Assembly (NCBI GenBank): GCA_964448275.1
Contig: CAYUWI010000001.1
Coordinates: 1-47,309 of the forward strand
Direction of reading: 5' to 3'
DNA length: 47,309 nucleotides
DNA from: an uncultured Gammaproteobacteria bacterium
GTDB taxonomy: Bacteria; Pseudomonadota; Gammaproteobacteria; Thiohalorhabdales; CAYUWI01
Below the pieces are notes generated by a model that was given only the letters and a program-made list of their open reading frames with translations, made no database searches and was not told where the DNA came from. Position numbers and translations under genes: made by a program. Every line of letters begins with the position of its first letter. The stretch's first letter is position 1. Positions 1-8,863 of this stretch are shown piece after piece.

Positions 1-1
1 C

Positions 2-136
2 CCGGCGGAGAAGGCCGGCAAGAAGATGGACAAGGCCGGCGAACAGGCCCAGGAAAAGGCACAAGAGGCCGGCGAGGCCATGGGCGAGAAAATGGAAAAG
101 GGCGGTGAGACCATCCAGAAGGGCACCGAGCAGTGA
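2..136 (+). CDS. 3' end of an ORF cut by the window edge. It encodes a Lys/Glu/Gly/Ala-rich low-complexity tail (..[41 protein letters not shown]). Stress-protein-like, but the family is not identifiable.
   Basis: Frame 2 is open from the window edge to TGA at 134-136. Codon bias (GCC/GGC/AAG/GAG) matches neighbouring genes. It is absent from the ORF track because there is no start in the window. Confidence 0.35.
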   Translation, partial: PAEKAGKKMDKAGEQAQEKAQEAGEAMGEKMEKGGETIQKGTEQ

Positions 137-185
137 GGCCATCCAGCGCACCGTCCCGCAGCACTGCCACCGATGGAGGGAGACA

Positions 186-365
186 ATGGGGCTTTTAGGC
201 TGGGCCATCCTGTTCCTTGTTGTGGCCCTGGTGGCGGGGGTAATGGGCTTTGGCGGCATCGCCGGTGCCGCCACGGACATCGCCCGGATCCTGTTTATGA
301 TCTTCCTGGTGCTGTTCCTGGTGATGCTCGTCACCAATTTGGCCCGGGGGACGGGACCGCTGTAG
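186..365 (+). CDS. UPF0391/DUF1328 family small membrane protein (YtjA-like), 59 aa
   Basis: [49 protein letters not shown] fits the two-helix DUF1328 pattern. ATG at 186 is preceded by GGAGGGAG (175-182). The upstream part of ORF 105..365 is Arg/Pro-rich and unlikely to be translated. Confidence 0.75.
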   Translation: MGLLGWAILFLVVALVAGVMGFGGIAGAATDIARILFMIFLVLFLVMLVTNLARGTGPL

Positions 366-395
366 CGGTCCCTCCGCGCGCTTCGCGCGTTGTGT
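353..395 (+). terminator. Candidate intrinsic terminator after the DUF1328 gene (two GC hairpins followed by TTGTGT)
   Basis: GGGACCGC-tgta-GCGGTCCC (353-372) spans the stop codon. It is followed by CGCGC-gcttc-GCGCG (375-389) and then ttgtgt. Confidence 0.45.
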
Positions 396-560
396 CCCGC
401 CACCCGGACGCTCCACCCACCCTCTTCAGGGCACACAGCGCTGGAGAGTGGCCAATGCCGCCAGGCCATGGGCACTGGCACAGGGATTGCTAGAAGCCCT
501 TCTAGAACTCTTCCGGGGACAACAGCAACACGATTCCCATGAGCAGAGAAGGAGAGGATT

Positions 561-830
561 ATGAGAAAGCAATTGCTGACCACGGCGTTGATCTTGGGCC
601 TAGCGTCCGCTCCAGTTTGGGCTATCAGCGGCCAGACCTTTAACGACTTTGATGCCGATGGCAATGGAAGCCTCAGCAAGCAGGAGGCCGATGCAGTCGG
701 GATACGCCTTGAGCAGGTCGATACCAACGGCGATGGCCAGATCAGCCAGTCGGAGTACAAGCAGGCTACACAAGGCCAGTCCGACCCCCCTCGGGTTCCG
801 GCTCAGAAGCTGAGGGAATGTAGTAGTTAA
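561..830 (+). CDS. Secreted EF-hand domain protein (two canonical Ca-binding loops), 89 aa
   Basis: Signal peptide MRKQLLTTALILGLASAPVWA. EF loops DFDADGNGSLSKQE and DTNGDGQISQSE. GAAGGAGAGG lies upstream of the ATG. Confidence 0.8.
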   Translation: MRKQLLTTALILGLASAPVWAISGQTFNDFDADGNGSLSKQEADAVGIRLEQVDTNGDGQISQSEYKQATQGQSDPPRVPAQKLRECSS

Positions 831-996
831 CTACGCCCGGCTGAAGCCGGCCCTCTGGCTGTGACCCCCTGAACGGCCGCCCCCCGGGCGGCCGTAACCT
901 GTCGCAAGGCTCGAGACGGAGCGCTCCTCCGAATGAGGGAGTAGTGCCCCAACAGCCTGCATAGACAACAGATGAACAACCTCAAGGATCCCCACA

Positions 997-1714
997 TTGA
1001 GTGAAGTTGAGCTAGCCGCCCTCTACGCCACACTTGCCGGCGCAACGATCCCGCTCGGCGGCGCAACGGCTCAGATCGAGCAGATTCAGCCCCTCTGGCT
1101 CGAGACCGAATTCCGCCATTCTGTCATCGCCTTTGGGGGGCGGGGTCCTCTTGGCAGCTGTTGCGCTGGTGCTCGTGCCTGAGGGAATGCACCACCTGCC
1201 AACCTGGAAGGTCCTGGCCGCCTTTGGTGGCGGCGGGCTCGTCTTCTTTTTAGTTGATCGGCTGATTGAGAAGCGCGGCGGCGGTGGTGCCCAGCTGATG
1301 GCGATGCTGCTCGACTTTGTGCCAGAAGCGATGGCCATGGGGGCCATGCTCGCAAGTGAGAAAACAATCGGTCTGCTACTGGCCATCCTGATCGCCCTGC
1401 AAAACTATCCGGAAGGCTTCAACGCCTATCGCGAGCTTCGGGCAACAGGGAATATACAATCATTCGCCGTGCTACTGGCCTTTTGCGCCCTTGTGCCGCT
1501 CGGCCCCGCTGCTGCCTGGTTGGGGGTGATCTATTTGCACTCAACACCGGGCATTCTAGGCGCGGTCATGCTGTTCGCAGCGGGCGGCATCCTTTATCTC
1601 ACCTTCGAAGACATCGCCCCGCAGGCCTATCTGGAGCAACACTGGGCACCGCCGCTTGGGGCCGTCTCGGGCTTCATGCTCGGGCTTCTGGGCCACGCAC
1701 TTGTCAGTTACTAA
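997..1714 (+). pseudogene. ZIP-family (ZupT-like) divalent metal transporter, interrupted by a +1 frameshift in a G6 run at 1135-1140
   Basis: The frame-1 N-terminus is LAALYATLAGATIPLGGATAQIE..HSVIAFGG. Frame 2 continues with GGGVLLAAVALVLVPEG .. LQNYPEGFNAY .. FAAGGILYLTFEDIAP. Deleting one G restores a continuous ZIP-like protein. Confidence 0.7.
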
Positions 1715-1847
1715 GCCCTAGCGACAGGGGGTTGTCACACCATAAAGGAGATAGCGAGGAAAACCGGCCCGAGGAGCGCCGGACCCGGGAGGAAATCTAG
1801 AGAGGGCTAGATAGATCATCCGCGCTTGACATGCGGAATTAGCACAA

Positions 1848-2537
1848 TCAAGGGCTCGCTATCCGGCGGTAGTGGAGGTCGAATACCGGGTGCCCCTGCC
1901 CCTGACCCCGCAGCTCAAACCGGGTCAGTGGACGGTCTGGGCAACGTGGGGCGTAGCGAGTCGCCCCCCAACAATTCTCGAACTGCGGATGGGCCTCAAG
2001 TGTAGCAACCATCCACTCCGCGTAGTCAGGCCAGTCAGTGGCGAGATAGAACTCTCCGTGCGGGCGCAGCGTGCGAGCCAAGAGATCCAAGAACGGCCTC
2101 TGGATCAAACGGCGTTTATGGTGCCGGGCCTTGGGCCAAGGGTCCGGGAAGAAGATATAGCAGACATCGAGGCTTTTCTGGGGAATACGTCCCTCCAAGA
2201 ATGGGATTGCATCACCGAGGGCAATTCGCACATTATCAAGCTGCTGCTCGTGGAGCCTGAGGAGGCACTTCCCTACCCCTGGGGGGTAGACCTCGATCCC
2301 AACCCAACCCCAGTGCAGGTGATTCCGTGCCAGTTCGAGTAGTGCCTCACCGCTGCCGATACCGATCTCCAGGCCGATGGGGACCTGGGGCCCAAATATC
2401 TCGGACCAGTCAAGCGTAGTCGGGGATTCAGGGAGTTGGTACTGCGGCAAGAGCTCCTTCAGGGCGCGCCGCTGGGCCCGTGTCACCCTCCCCTTGCGAA
2501 GCCGATAGGTGCGGATCGAGTGCTGTTCGCGGCTCAT
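1848..2537 (-). CDS. trmB: tRNA (guanine46-N7)-methyltransferase
   Basis: 229 aa with GLEIGIGSGEALLELA (SAM site) and YIFFPDPWPKARHHKRRL, the typical TrmB motif. Confidence 0.9.
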   Translation of the reverse strand: MSREQHSIRTYRLRKGRVTRAQRRALKELLPQYQLPESPTTLDWSEIFGPQVPIGLEIGIGSGEALLELARNHLHWGWVGIEVYPPGVGKCLLRLHEQQLDNVRIALGDAIPFLEGRIPQKSLDVCYIFFPDPWPKARHHKRRLIQRPFLDLLARTLRPHGEFYLATDWPDYAEWMVATLEAHPQFENCWGATRYAPRCPDRPLTRFELRGQGQGHPVFDLHYRRIASP

Positions 2538-2552
2538 TGCCTTGGTGCGGGG

Positions 2553-3470
2553 TTACACCGCCGGGTGATCCTGAACAGCGCTCCAACTCGCCTGGACTCC
2601 GGCTGTCAGGTCGGGAAAGAACGGGCGAAAGCCCAACTCCCGAAAGGCCCGGGTAATGGCACAACGCCGCGACTCCTCCAGGAAGGAGAGACGGGTGGGA
2701 GAAAGATGTCTGTCTGCCTCTTCTGGGGTCAAGGGTTGCGGCAGAGAGAGACCGAGGGCCTTGGCCACCGCTTCGAGGAGGGCGCCTTGCGGGTGGGCAT
2801 TGCCATCTCCGGCATTGTAGATACGATTGGGACGTCCACGCTCCAACACCCTCAAGATGAGCTGAATAAGGTCGTCGATGTGGACCAGATTGGTGTAACG
2901 GGTCTCCGGCCAGGCGACCCGCCAGCCCTGCCCTGCCTGGACCCGCTCAACGGGTAGCCGACCCGGGCCGTAGATCCCGGGAACTCGGAGGATATGGACC
3001 CAAGGAGCGCCCTGACGACCTCCCCAGACGCGCAAACGCCTTTCTGCATTCACTCGCCGGTCGGCACGCTCAGTCCTCGGACGGGTCGGCGTAGACTCAT
3101 TCACCCAGGCACCCCGTTGATCTCCATAGACCCCTGTGGTGCTTATATAGATGAGACGGCGCGGGAAGCGATGACAACCGAGGTTCGCTACAAGTCGGGC
3201 AGTGCGGAGATCTGTACGTCCTGAGCGGCTTGGGGGAGCCGTGTGGATCACGGCGGCTGCCGGTGCCACCCGATCCAGACCGCTCCCTGTATCGAGATCC
3301 AGCCGGAAGGTCGTTACCTCAGAGGGGAGGCGTCGTCGCAAGGAGTCGAGATCTCGCGCCCCAGCCAGCACCCGATGTCCCCGTTCAAGGAGGTGGGGCA
3401 CGAGGCGCGTTCCGAGGTATCCGCAGCCAACAACCGCTACTGTAGGGTAACGTTCACTTTGCTCTTGCAT
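2553..3470 (-). CDS. NAD(P)-binding SDR-family epimerase/dehydratase-like protein
   Basis: Rossmann N-terminus VAVVGCGYLGTRLVPHLLERGHRV. ATG at 3470 is preferred over the upstream TTG at 3485. Specific function unknown. Confidence 0.65.
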   Translation of the reverse strand: MQEQSERYPTVAVVGCGYLGTRLVPHLLERGHRVLAGARDLDSLRRRLPSEVTTFRLDLDTGSGLDRVAPAAAVIHTAPPSRSGRTDLRTARLVANLGCHRFPRRLIYISTTGVYGDQRGAWVNESTPTRPRTERADRRVNAERRLRVWGGRQGAPWVHILRVPGIYGPGRLPVERVQAGQGWRVAWPETRYTNLVHIDDLIQLILRVLERGRPNRIYNAGDGNAHPQGALLEAVAKALGLSLPQPLTPEEADRHLSPTRLSFLEESRRCAITRAFRELGFRPFFPDLTAGVQASWSAVQDHPAV

Positions 3471-3532
3471 GTAGTATATTATCAATACGATTATTGTTCT
3501 GGGTCAGGTTCTAAACATAAGGTAGATTGGAG

Positions 3533-4549
3533 ATGGGTTATACTGTTCAACTCGAACCGAGTGGTCACACCATCGAGGTGGAGCCGGATCAGACGATCCT
3601 CGACGCCGCCCTCCAGCAAGGGCTCGACCTACCTCATGGCTGTCGCAACGGGGCCTGCGGAGACTGCAAAGGGATAATTCTCTCCGGACAAGTAGAGTAC
3701 GGTGAATACGAGGAGTGGGCCCTATCGGAGGACGAGCGAGAGCAGGGAAGGGCCCTGTTGTGCCAAAGTCGACCTCGCACCCACCTCACGATCGAGACCT
3801 CCCAACCTGTCAAGGAGAACCAAACAGAAGTCAAGAGGTTCCCAGCAAAGGTCCACAGCTTCCGTAAGCTGACCCACGATGTTATGGAGGTTCAGCTCAA
3901 GCTAGCCCGGCGGGATCGGTTCCAGTATACTCCCGGCCAGTATATCCAGGTCATCCTCGATGACGGCCGTCGCCGGGAATTCTCTATTGCCAATTCGCCT
4001 TTGAACAACAAGCTCTTGACTACCTATATCCGCCGGGTCCCCGATGGGGAGTTCACTCGACACATCTTCGAACGGATGCAGAGAAAGGAGGTATGGAACT
4101 CCGAAGGCCCTTTCGGGCAGCTCTACCTGCGGTCAAGCAATCGGCCGACAATCCTGGTAGCCGGCGGTACAGGCCTTGGACCAATCAAGGCCATCCTTGA
4201 ACATGCCTTAACGGAAGGCTCACAACGAGAATTCCACCTCTTTTTCGGCGTTCGTGCCAAGCGCGATCTCTACATGACCGAGTTGCTCGATGAGTGGGCC
4301 CGGACCTACCCGAACTTCCACTACGTCCTAGCCCTCTCCAACCCTGAACCGGAGGACACCCCTGATGGTGGCATTACGACAGGCTATATCCACGAGGTAA
4401 TTGCACGCTCCTGTACCGATCTGAGCGACTATGAAGGGTACCTCGCCGGTCCGCCCCCAATGGTCGATGCAAGCACCAAGACCTTAATCGAACTGGGGAT
4501 CCCCGAAGGTCAAATCTTTGCCGATTCCTTTACCTACTCGTCCCGCTAG
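3533..4549 (+). CDS. 2Fe-2S ferredoxin fused to an FAD/NAD(P)-binding reductase (AscD / CDP-6-deoxy-delta-3,4-glucoseen reductase-like family)
   Basis: N-terminal plant-type ferredoxin motif CRNGACGDCKG..C. FNR-like RREFSIAN (FAD) and LVAGGTGLGPIKAI (NAD) motifs. ATG at 3533. Confidence 0.8.
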   Translation: MGYTVQLEPSGHTIEVEPDQTILDAALQQGLDLPHGCRNGACGDCKGIILSGQVEYGEYEEWALSEDEREQGRALLCQSRPRTHLTIETSQPVKENQTEVKRFPAKVHSFRKLTHDVMEVQLKLARRDRFQYTPGQYIQVILDDGRRREFSIANSPLNNKLLTTYIRRVPDGEFTRHIFERMQRKEVWNSEGPFGQLYLRSSNRPTILVAGGTGLGPIKAILEHALTEGSQREFHLFFGVRAKRDLYMTELLDEWARTYPNFHYVLALSNPEPEDTPDGGITTGYIHEVIARSCTDLSDYEGYLAGPPPMVDASTKTLIELGIPEGQIFADSFTYSSR

Positions 4550-5762
4550 CAGGAGCAGGTAAGACCCCCCTTGCACCCTCCTCAAGGGCATCGAGGCCTT
4601 TCCGGTAACACACCAAGCCCTTCTCCATCTGTTCCCGTTGCTGGTACAGCCGAGCCAGCCGGAGGAACAGATCCGGTGAGTTGGCCTTCCCCATGGCCAA
4701 ATCCAGATATTGGTCGGTCTTCCCCCATAACTGGAGGTCGGCCGAAAGCTGGGCCAAGACGGTGAGGAGGTGAGGATCCTCCGGATGCTCAGCGAGCCAA
4801 TCCTCCAGATGCTGGAGTCGTGTTGACAACCCGGTCCCCTGGCGTGGGAACTCGAGATAAAGGTCGACCAGATCACCCCGCCAGTTCCGCTTCAATGTCT
4901 GCTCCAACAGCCTGGCTGCAGCTTCGTATTCGCCTTGCCCCAGAAACCACCGCACCCGAGGCGCCACTATCCGAGGATCGAGCCGCTCTCGGCGATCCGT
5001 CGCTTCCCAATGGCGCTCCATATCCTCACTATTACCATAACGTCGGGCTTGCTCCAGACAGGCAGAGCGTGCCTGCACACCCTCTTCGTAGGCGGACTCT
5101 GCGTTCAAGGCCCGCAACCGCCGGAGACGAGGAAGGATCCGGAGCACCCCCTCCCAATCTTCCACATTGCGATAGAGACGAAGTAGTCGGCGCAGGATGT
5201 AGGGAGAATCCTCGGCCCGCCGTTCGAGGTTCGATAACAATGAAAGGGCATGATCAAACCGATCAGATTCCATCTCGAATTCGGCCCGCAACAGGGTAGC
5301 GGCTAACTCATCCTCACCTTGGCCCTGTTGGGCCATCTGGAGGAATCTCTCCGCATCCGGCTCCAGTCGGTTGGCATGGGCAGCACGTGCTGCCTCGAGA
5401 TAGAAGGCATGGGGACGATCGGACAGCCTCGCCCCGCGAGAAAGCAGGGTTTGGGCCTGTTTCGAGTCCCCCCGTTCCAACGCCAATAGCCCGCGCTCGA
5501 GCAGATCTAGGCTACGACGCAACTTCCTTTGTCGACGCTGCTCCGTAAAGCGATACGGTACCTCTCTTACTGTGGTCAAGGCCCCCCACAACAACCACCC
5601 GACTCCTAAGACGAGAAGGACCACGATGACGCCTAGGGCGACGGTCGTCTCGAGGGTATACCCACCGACCTGGATCAACATATAGCCAGGCCCGTGCCCC
5701 AGAAGGGTCACTGCTGCAGCTGCCACGGCCATAACGAGGATCAGTTTGAGGAGTAACCACAT
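4530..5762 (-). CDS. hemY: HemY-like heme biosynthesis-associated TPR membrane protein
   Basis: N-terminus MWLLLKLILVMAVAAAAV..GPGYMLIQVGGYTLETTV has two TM segments, followed by TPR-like helical repeats. The start overlaps the hemX stop (TAATG). Confidence 0.85.
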   Translation of the reverse strand: MWLLLKLILVMAVAAAAVTLLGHGPGYMLIQVGGYTLETTVALGVIVVLLVLGVGWLLWGALTTVREVPYRFTEQRRQRKLRRSLDLLERGLLALERGDSKQAQTLLSRGARLSDRPHAFYLEAARAAHANRLEPDAERFLQMAQQGQGEDELAATLLRAEFEMESDRFDHALSLLSNLERRAEDSPYILRRLLRLYRNVEDWEGVLRILPRLRRLRALNAESAYEEGVQARSACLEQARRYGNSEDMERHWEATDRRERLDPRIVAPRVRWFLGQGEYEAAARLLEQTLKRNWRGDLVDLYLEFPRQGTGLSTRLQHLEDWLAEHPEDPHLLTVLAQLSADLQLWGKTDQYLDLAMGKANSPDLFLRLARLYQQREQMEKGLVCYRKGLDALEEGARGVLPAPASGTSR

Positions 5763-7012
5763 TAGCCTTTCCGCTCCCTGCGAAATACCTCAAGGGGGGT
5801 ATGGAGATCGGGCAGCTCCCGATCGATCTCCCGATGCTGCAATGTATCCAACCCTTCCATTACCCCTTGAACCGCCGCAGAATCGGTGTCAAAGAAACTT
5901 TTTATCCAGGTTTGGGCCTTTTCCAAAGACTGCTCGTAGACCTCCTTTTGACCATTGAGGAGGGCGAGGCGGGCTGCTTGCAAGTTCAGGACGAGATTAT
6001 GGCGTAGGAAGTAAGCCTCTTTGGGAGGAAGTAGAGGCTCGATCGGCTCATTGCTGCGACGTAGTCGAATGAGGGCCTTAACATCGGCCCAAAACTGACT
6101 CAGGGCACTCCCTACCTGAGCCAACACCCCTTCAGAGGTCGCTCCCGCTTCTTTAGGGGTTGAACCGGATTGGGAGGGGCTCAGGTTGGGTGGGCGGGTC
6201 CCTTGTACAGGTAAGTCCATCACACTCTGGCTTAGACTGGCCAGCTTGAAGCTCATTCCCGGGATATCCGGCTGGGGCACCTGTTCCAAGTGGGTCATAG
6301 CCTCCTGGATCGCCTTGCGGGTATCCAACCAAGCTGGGCTGGAGAGTTGTTCGAGGACGTTGTCCGCCTCTTGAAGTGCCGCGTAGGCAGCATCTGCATC
6401 CCCCTCGAGGCGCGCTAACCGACTAGCCGTGATTAGGAGCCCCTCGACCCGCTCCAATGTCCAGTGCGGTTGGTTTTCCCCCAGCCGTTCGAACAGCTCC
6501 TCCACTCGCGCCTGGAGCTGTTCGATAGGGGCACCCAACTTCGGGACCCGCTCAGCCAACTTGTCATGGCGGCTCTCAAGCTCACCCAAAGAGTTCTGTA
6601 AGTTGGTGAGGGACTGTTGGAAATCGGTCACAGAACGTTTGAGCTCAGGGAGACTCTCCTGGATCCGGACGCGTTCCGTGCGAGCCTCTTCGAGCCGCTG
6701 TTGGAGCTGCCCTAGGCGCTGGTCGAATTGCCCGTAGAGATACCACCCGGCTCCGGCAACACCCAAGGCAACTAATAGGGCCAACCAACCGGGCCAGTTG
6801 GAACCCGTGGCGGAATCGCTCGCTGGTGGACCGTCCCCGGGTGGGGACTCCTCCCCCCCTTGTTCCGACGACTGGCCTTCTTGGGGAGATTGCTGATCCT
6901 GCGTGGATGATCCTGCAGTTCGCCTCCCAGTGGGACTTGTCTGGGCCTCTCCCGAGCGGCGTTCTGACTCCGGACGCTCCGGAGTGGCTTGTGAATCCCT
7001 GCTCTCTACCAT
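5762..7012 (-). CDS. hemX: HemX-family protein (often annotated as putative uroporphyrinogen-III C-methyltransferase)
   Basis: Disordered S/E/P/Q-rich N-terminus, one TM (WPGWLALLVALGVAGAGWYLY), a coiled coil and the HemX C-domain. ATG at 7012 has GGAGAGAGG immediately upstream. The longer ORF start at 7081 would overlap hemB. Confidence 0.8.
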   Translation of the reverse strand: MVESRDSQATPERPESERRSGEAQTSPTGRRTAGSSTQDQQSPQEGQSSEQGGEESPPGDGPPASDSATGSNWPGWLALLVALGVAGAGWYLYGQFDQRLGQLQQRLEEARTERVRIQESLPELKRSVTDFQQSLTNLQNSLGELESRHDKLAERVPKLGAPIEQLQARVEELFERLGENQPHWTLERVEGLLITASRLARLEGDADAAYAALQEADNVLEQLSSPAWLDTRKAIQEAMTHLEQVPQPDIPGMSFKLASLSQSVMDLPVQGTRPPNLSPSQSGSTPKEAGATSEGVLAQVGSALSQFWADVKALIRLRRSNEPIEPLLPPKEAYFLRHNLVLNLQAARLALLNGQKEVYEQSLEKAQTWIKSFFDTDSAAVQGVMEGLDTLQHREIDRELPDLHTPLEVFRRERKG

Positions 7013-7062
7013 GCCTCTCTCCGTGTAGCGGGGTGTAAGGTCAGAATCGCACGCCTCACGCC

Positions 7063-8052
7063 CTATCCCTGGTGCAGCCAACGCGCAGCATCGAAGGCGT
7101 GATAGGTCAAAATCAGATCGGCTCCAGCTCGCTTAAGTCCGGTCAGTGTCTCCAAAACGACTGCTGGTTCATCCAACCAGTCCCTCTCGGCAGCGGCCTT
7201 GAGCATACTGTATTCACCGGATACGTTATACGCTGCTACTGGGACCTCTGTCTCTTGCCGCAAACGCCAAAGGATATCCATAAAGGGTAGGCCGGGCTTC
7301 ACCATGACCAGATCGGCCCCTTCAGCGAGATCGAGGTGCAGTTCGCGCAATGCTTCCCGGCCGTTGGCCGGATCCATCTGGTAGCCCCGCTTGTCTAAGG
7401 GGATACCTTGCTGGGTGCTCGGGGCAGAGTCCAGGGCATCGCGGAACGGGCCGTAAAACGCTGAGGCGTATTTGGCAGTGTAGGAGAGGATCGCGGTCTC
7501 GCTATAGCCCGCCCCATCCAGGGCACGTCGGATGGCTCCGATTCGGCCATCCATCATGTCTGAAGGCGCGATAACATCGGCCCCTGCCTCTGCTTGAACG
7601 ACCGCCATTTGGGCCAGTAGCTCAACCGTTTCATCATTCACCACACTCCCCCCCCGGACGACTCCATCATGGCCATCGGAAGAGTAGGGATCAAGTGCGA
7701 CATCAGTGATGACGACCAACTCCGGAAGGTGCTCCTTGAGTGCTCGAATGGCAGTGGGGTACAAACCTTCTGGATTACGGCCTTCACTACCGGTCGAGTC
7801 CTTTTGCTTCTCCTCAAGGACGGGGAATACCACTATCGCCGGGACCCCTAGCTCAAACGCAGTCGAGGCCTCCTTCAGGAGTTGAGCGAGACCCAAGCGA
7901 TGGTACCCTGGCATCGAGGGGATCGCCTGGCGGCTCTGCTCACCCGCTGTTACGAACAAGGGAGCAATAAGGTCTTCGGTTGATAGCCGGGTTTCGCTGA
8001 CCATACGGCGAATACCATGAGTCCGCCGCAGCCGGCGAGGGCGATAGAACAT
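7063..8052 (-). CDS. hemB: Porphobilinogen synthase (delta-aminolevulinic acid dehydratase), Asp-rich Zn-independent type
   Basis: 329 aa with the metal site DVALDPYSSDGHDG. Active-site regions SDMMDGRIGAIR, YASAFYGPFRDA and VMVKPGLPFMDI are present. Confidence 0.95.
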   Translation of the reverse strand: MFYRPRRLRRTHGIRRMVSETRLSTEDLIAPLFVTAGEQSRQAIPSMPGYHRLGLAQLLKEASTAFELGVPAIVVFPVLEEKQKDSTGSEGRNPEGLYPTAIRALKEHLPELVVITDVALDPYSSDGHDGVVRGGSVVNDETVELLAQMAVVQAEAGADVIAPSDMMDGRIGAIRRALDGAGYSETAILSYTAKYASAFYGPFRDALDSAPSTQQGIPLDKRGYQMDPANGREALRELHLDLAEGADLVMVKPGLPFMDILWRLRQETEVPVAAYNVSGEYSMLKAAAERDWLDEPAVVLETLTGLKRAGADLILTYHAFDAARWLHQG

Positions 8053-8053
8053 C

Positions 8054-8863
8054 TCAACTCCCTCCTGTAAGGGTCAATGGCCGTGACACCGCCCACTCAC
8101 TCAATCCACGCAGTATCCCTTCGTCAGAGGCCTCTGGGGCTACAATGGGGGCAGGGAACCCCCGTTCGATGAGTACCTCCCCAGTAATCGGACTAATGAC
8201 AAAGGCTGGTACACGGCGCAGTAGCTCTTGGGCAGGACGGGAGAGCATCGCCAAAAGGTTTGTGAAGGTATCGGGGCTTGTAAAGACGGCTGCGTGAAGC
8301 TTGCCGCTCTCAAGGGCTGCTGAAACTTGTTGCGGGTCTGCCTGAGGAGGAGGTGAACGGCGATAAACCGGCAACCGCACAATTTTTGCCCCCCGCGCCT
8401 CTAACGTCTCCGGAAGGAGCTCTCGGCCACGCTCGCCTCGCAGGAGTGCGATCCTCTGCCCAGCGACGTTTGCAGTCTGCATGGCCGGTAATTCGAGCAA
8501 GCCCTCGGAGCGGAACTGCGCAGGGGTCGTGACTTCCCCAACCCCTTGATCCGCTAGTGCCTGAGCTGTTTTGGCCCCAATCGCCGCGTAACGGGGTCGA
8601 GCAGGCCAAGCCGCCCTATAGCGCTCAAGGAGGTGCTGTACCCCGCTGACAGCATTGCGGCTGACGAAGACCAACCAATCGAAAGAGTCAAGCTCAGAGA
8701 CTACTGTCTCCCAGGCGGGTCCCTCCGGTAGGGGGTCGATTTCAATGGTAGGGAAGGGAAAGGGCTCCCCACCTCGGTTCCGAATTCCTTCCACTAGGGG
8801 GGCGGATTGATGGCTCGGTCTCGTAACTAGTACACAGTAGCCTTGTAAAGGAGCCTCAGTCAT
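8054..8863 (-). CDS. hemD: Uroporphyrinogen-III synthase
   Basis: HEM4-like sequence (VLVTRPSHQSAPL...AIGAKTAQAL...VFTSPDTFTNL). ATG at 8863 overlaps the hemC stop by 8 nt. Position is between hemC and hemB. Confidence 0.85.
   Translation of the reverse strand: MTEAPLQGYCVLVTRPSHQSAPLVEGIRNRGGEPFPFPTIEIDPLPEGPAWETVVSELDSFDWLVFVSRNAVSGVQHLLERYRAAWPARPRYAAIGAKTAQALADQGVGEVTTPAQFRSEGLLELPAMQTANVAGQRIALLRGERGRELLPETLEARGAKIVRLPVYRRSPPPQADPQQVSAALESGKLHAAVFTSPDTFTNLLAMLSRPAQELLRRVPAFVISPITGEVLIERGFPAPIVAPEASDEGILRGLSEWAVSRPLTLTGGS

Noticed and set aside
1034-1135. ATG at 1034 as the start of the ZIP transporter ORF.
   Set aside because: Its N-terminus (MPAQRSRSAAQRLRSSRFSPSGSRPNS...) is not membrane-like. 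The ZIP-like first helix is in the other frame from 997, so a frameshift explanation fits better.
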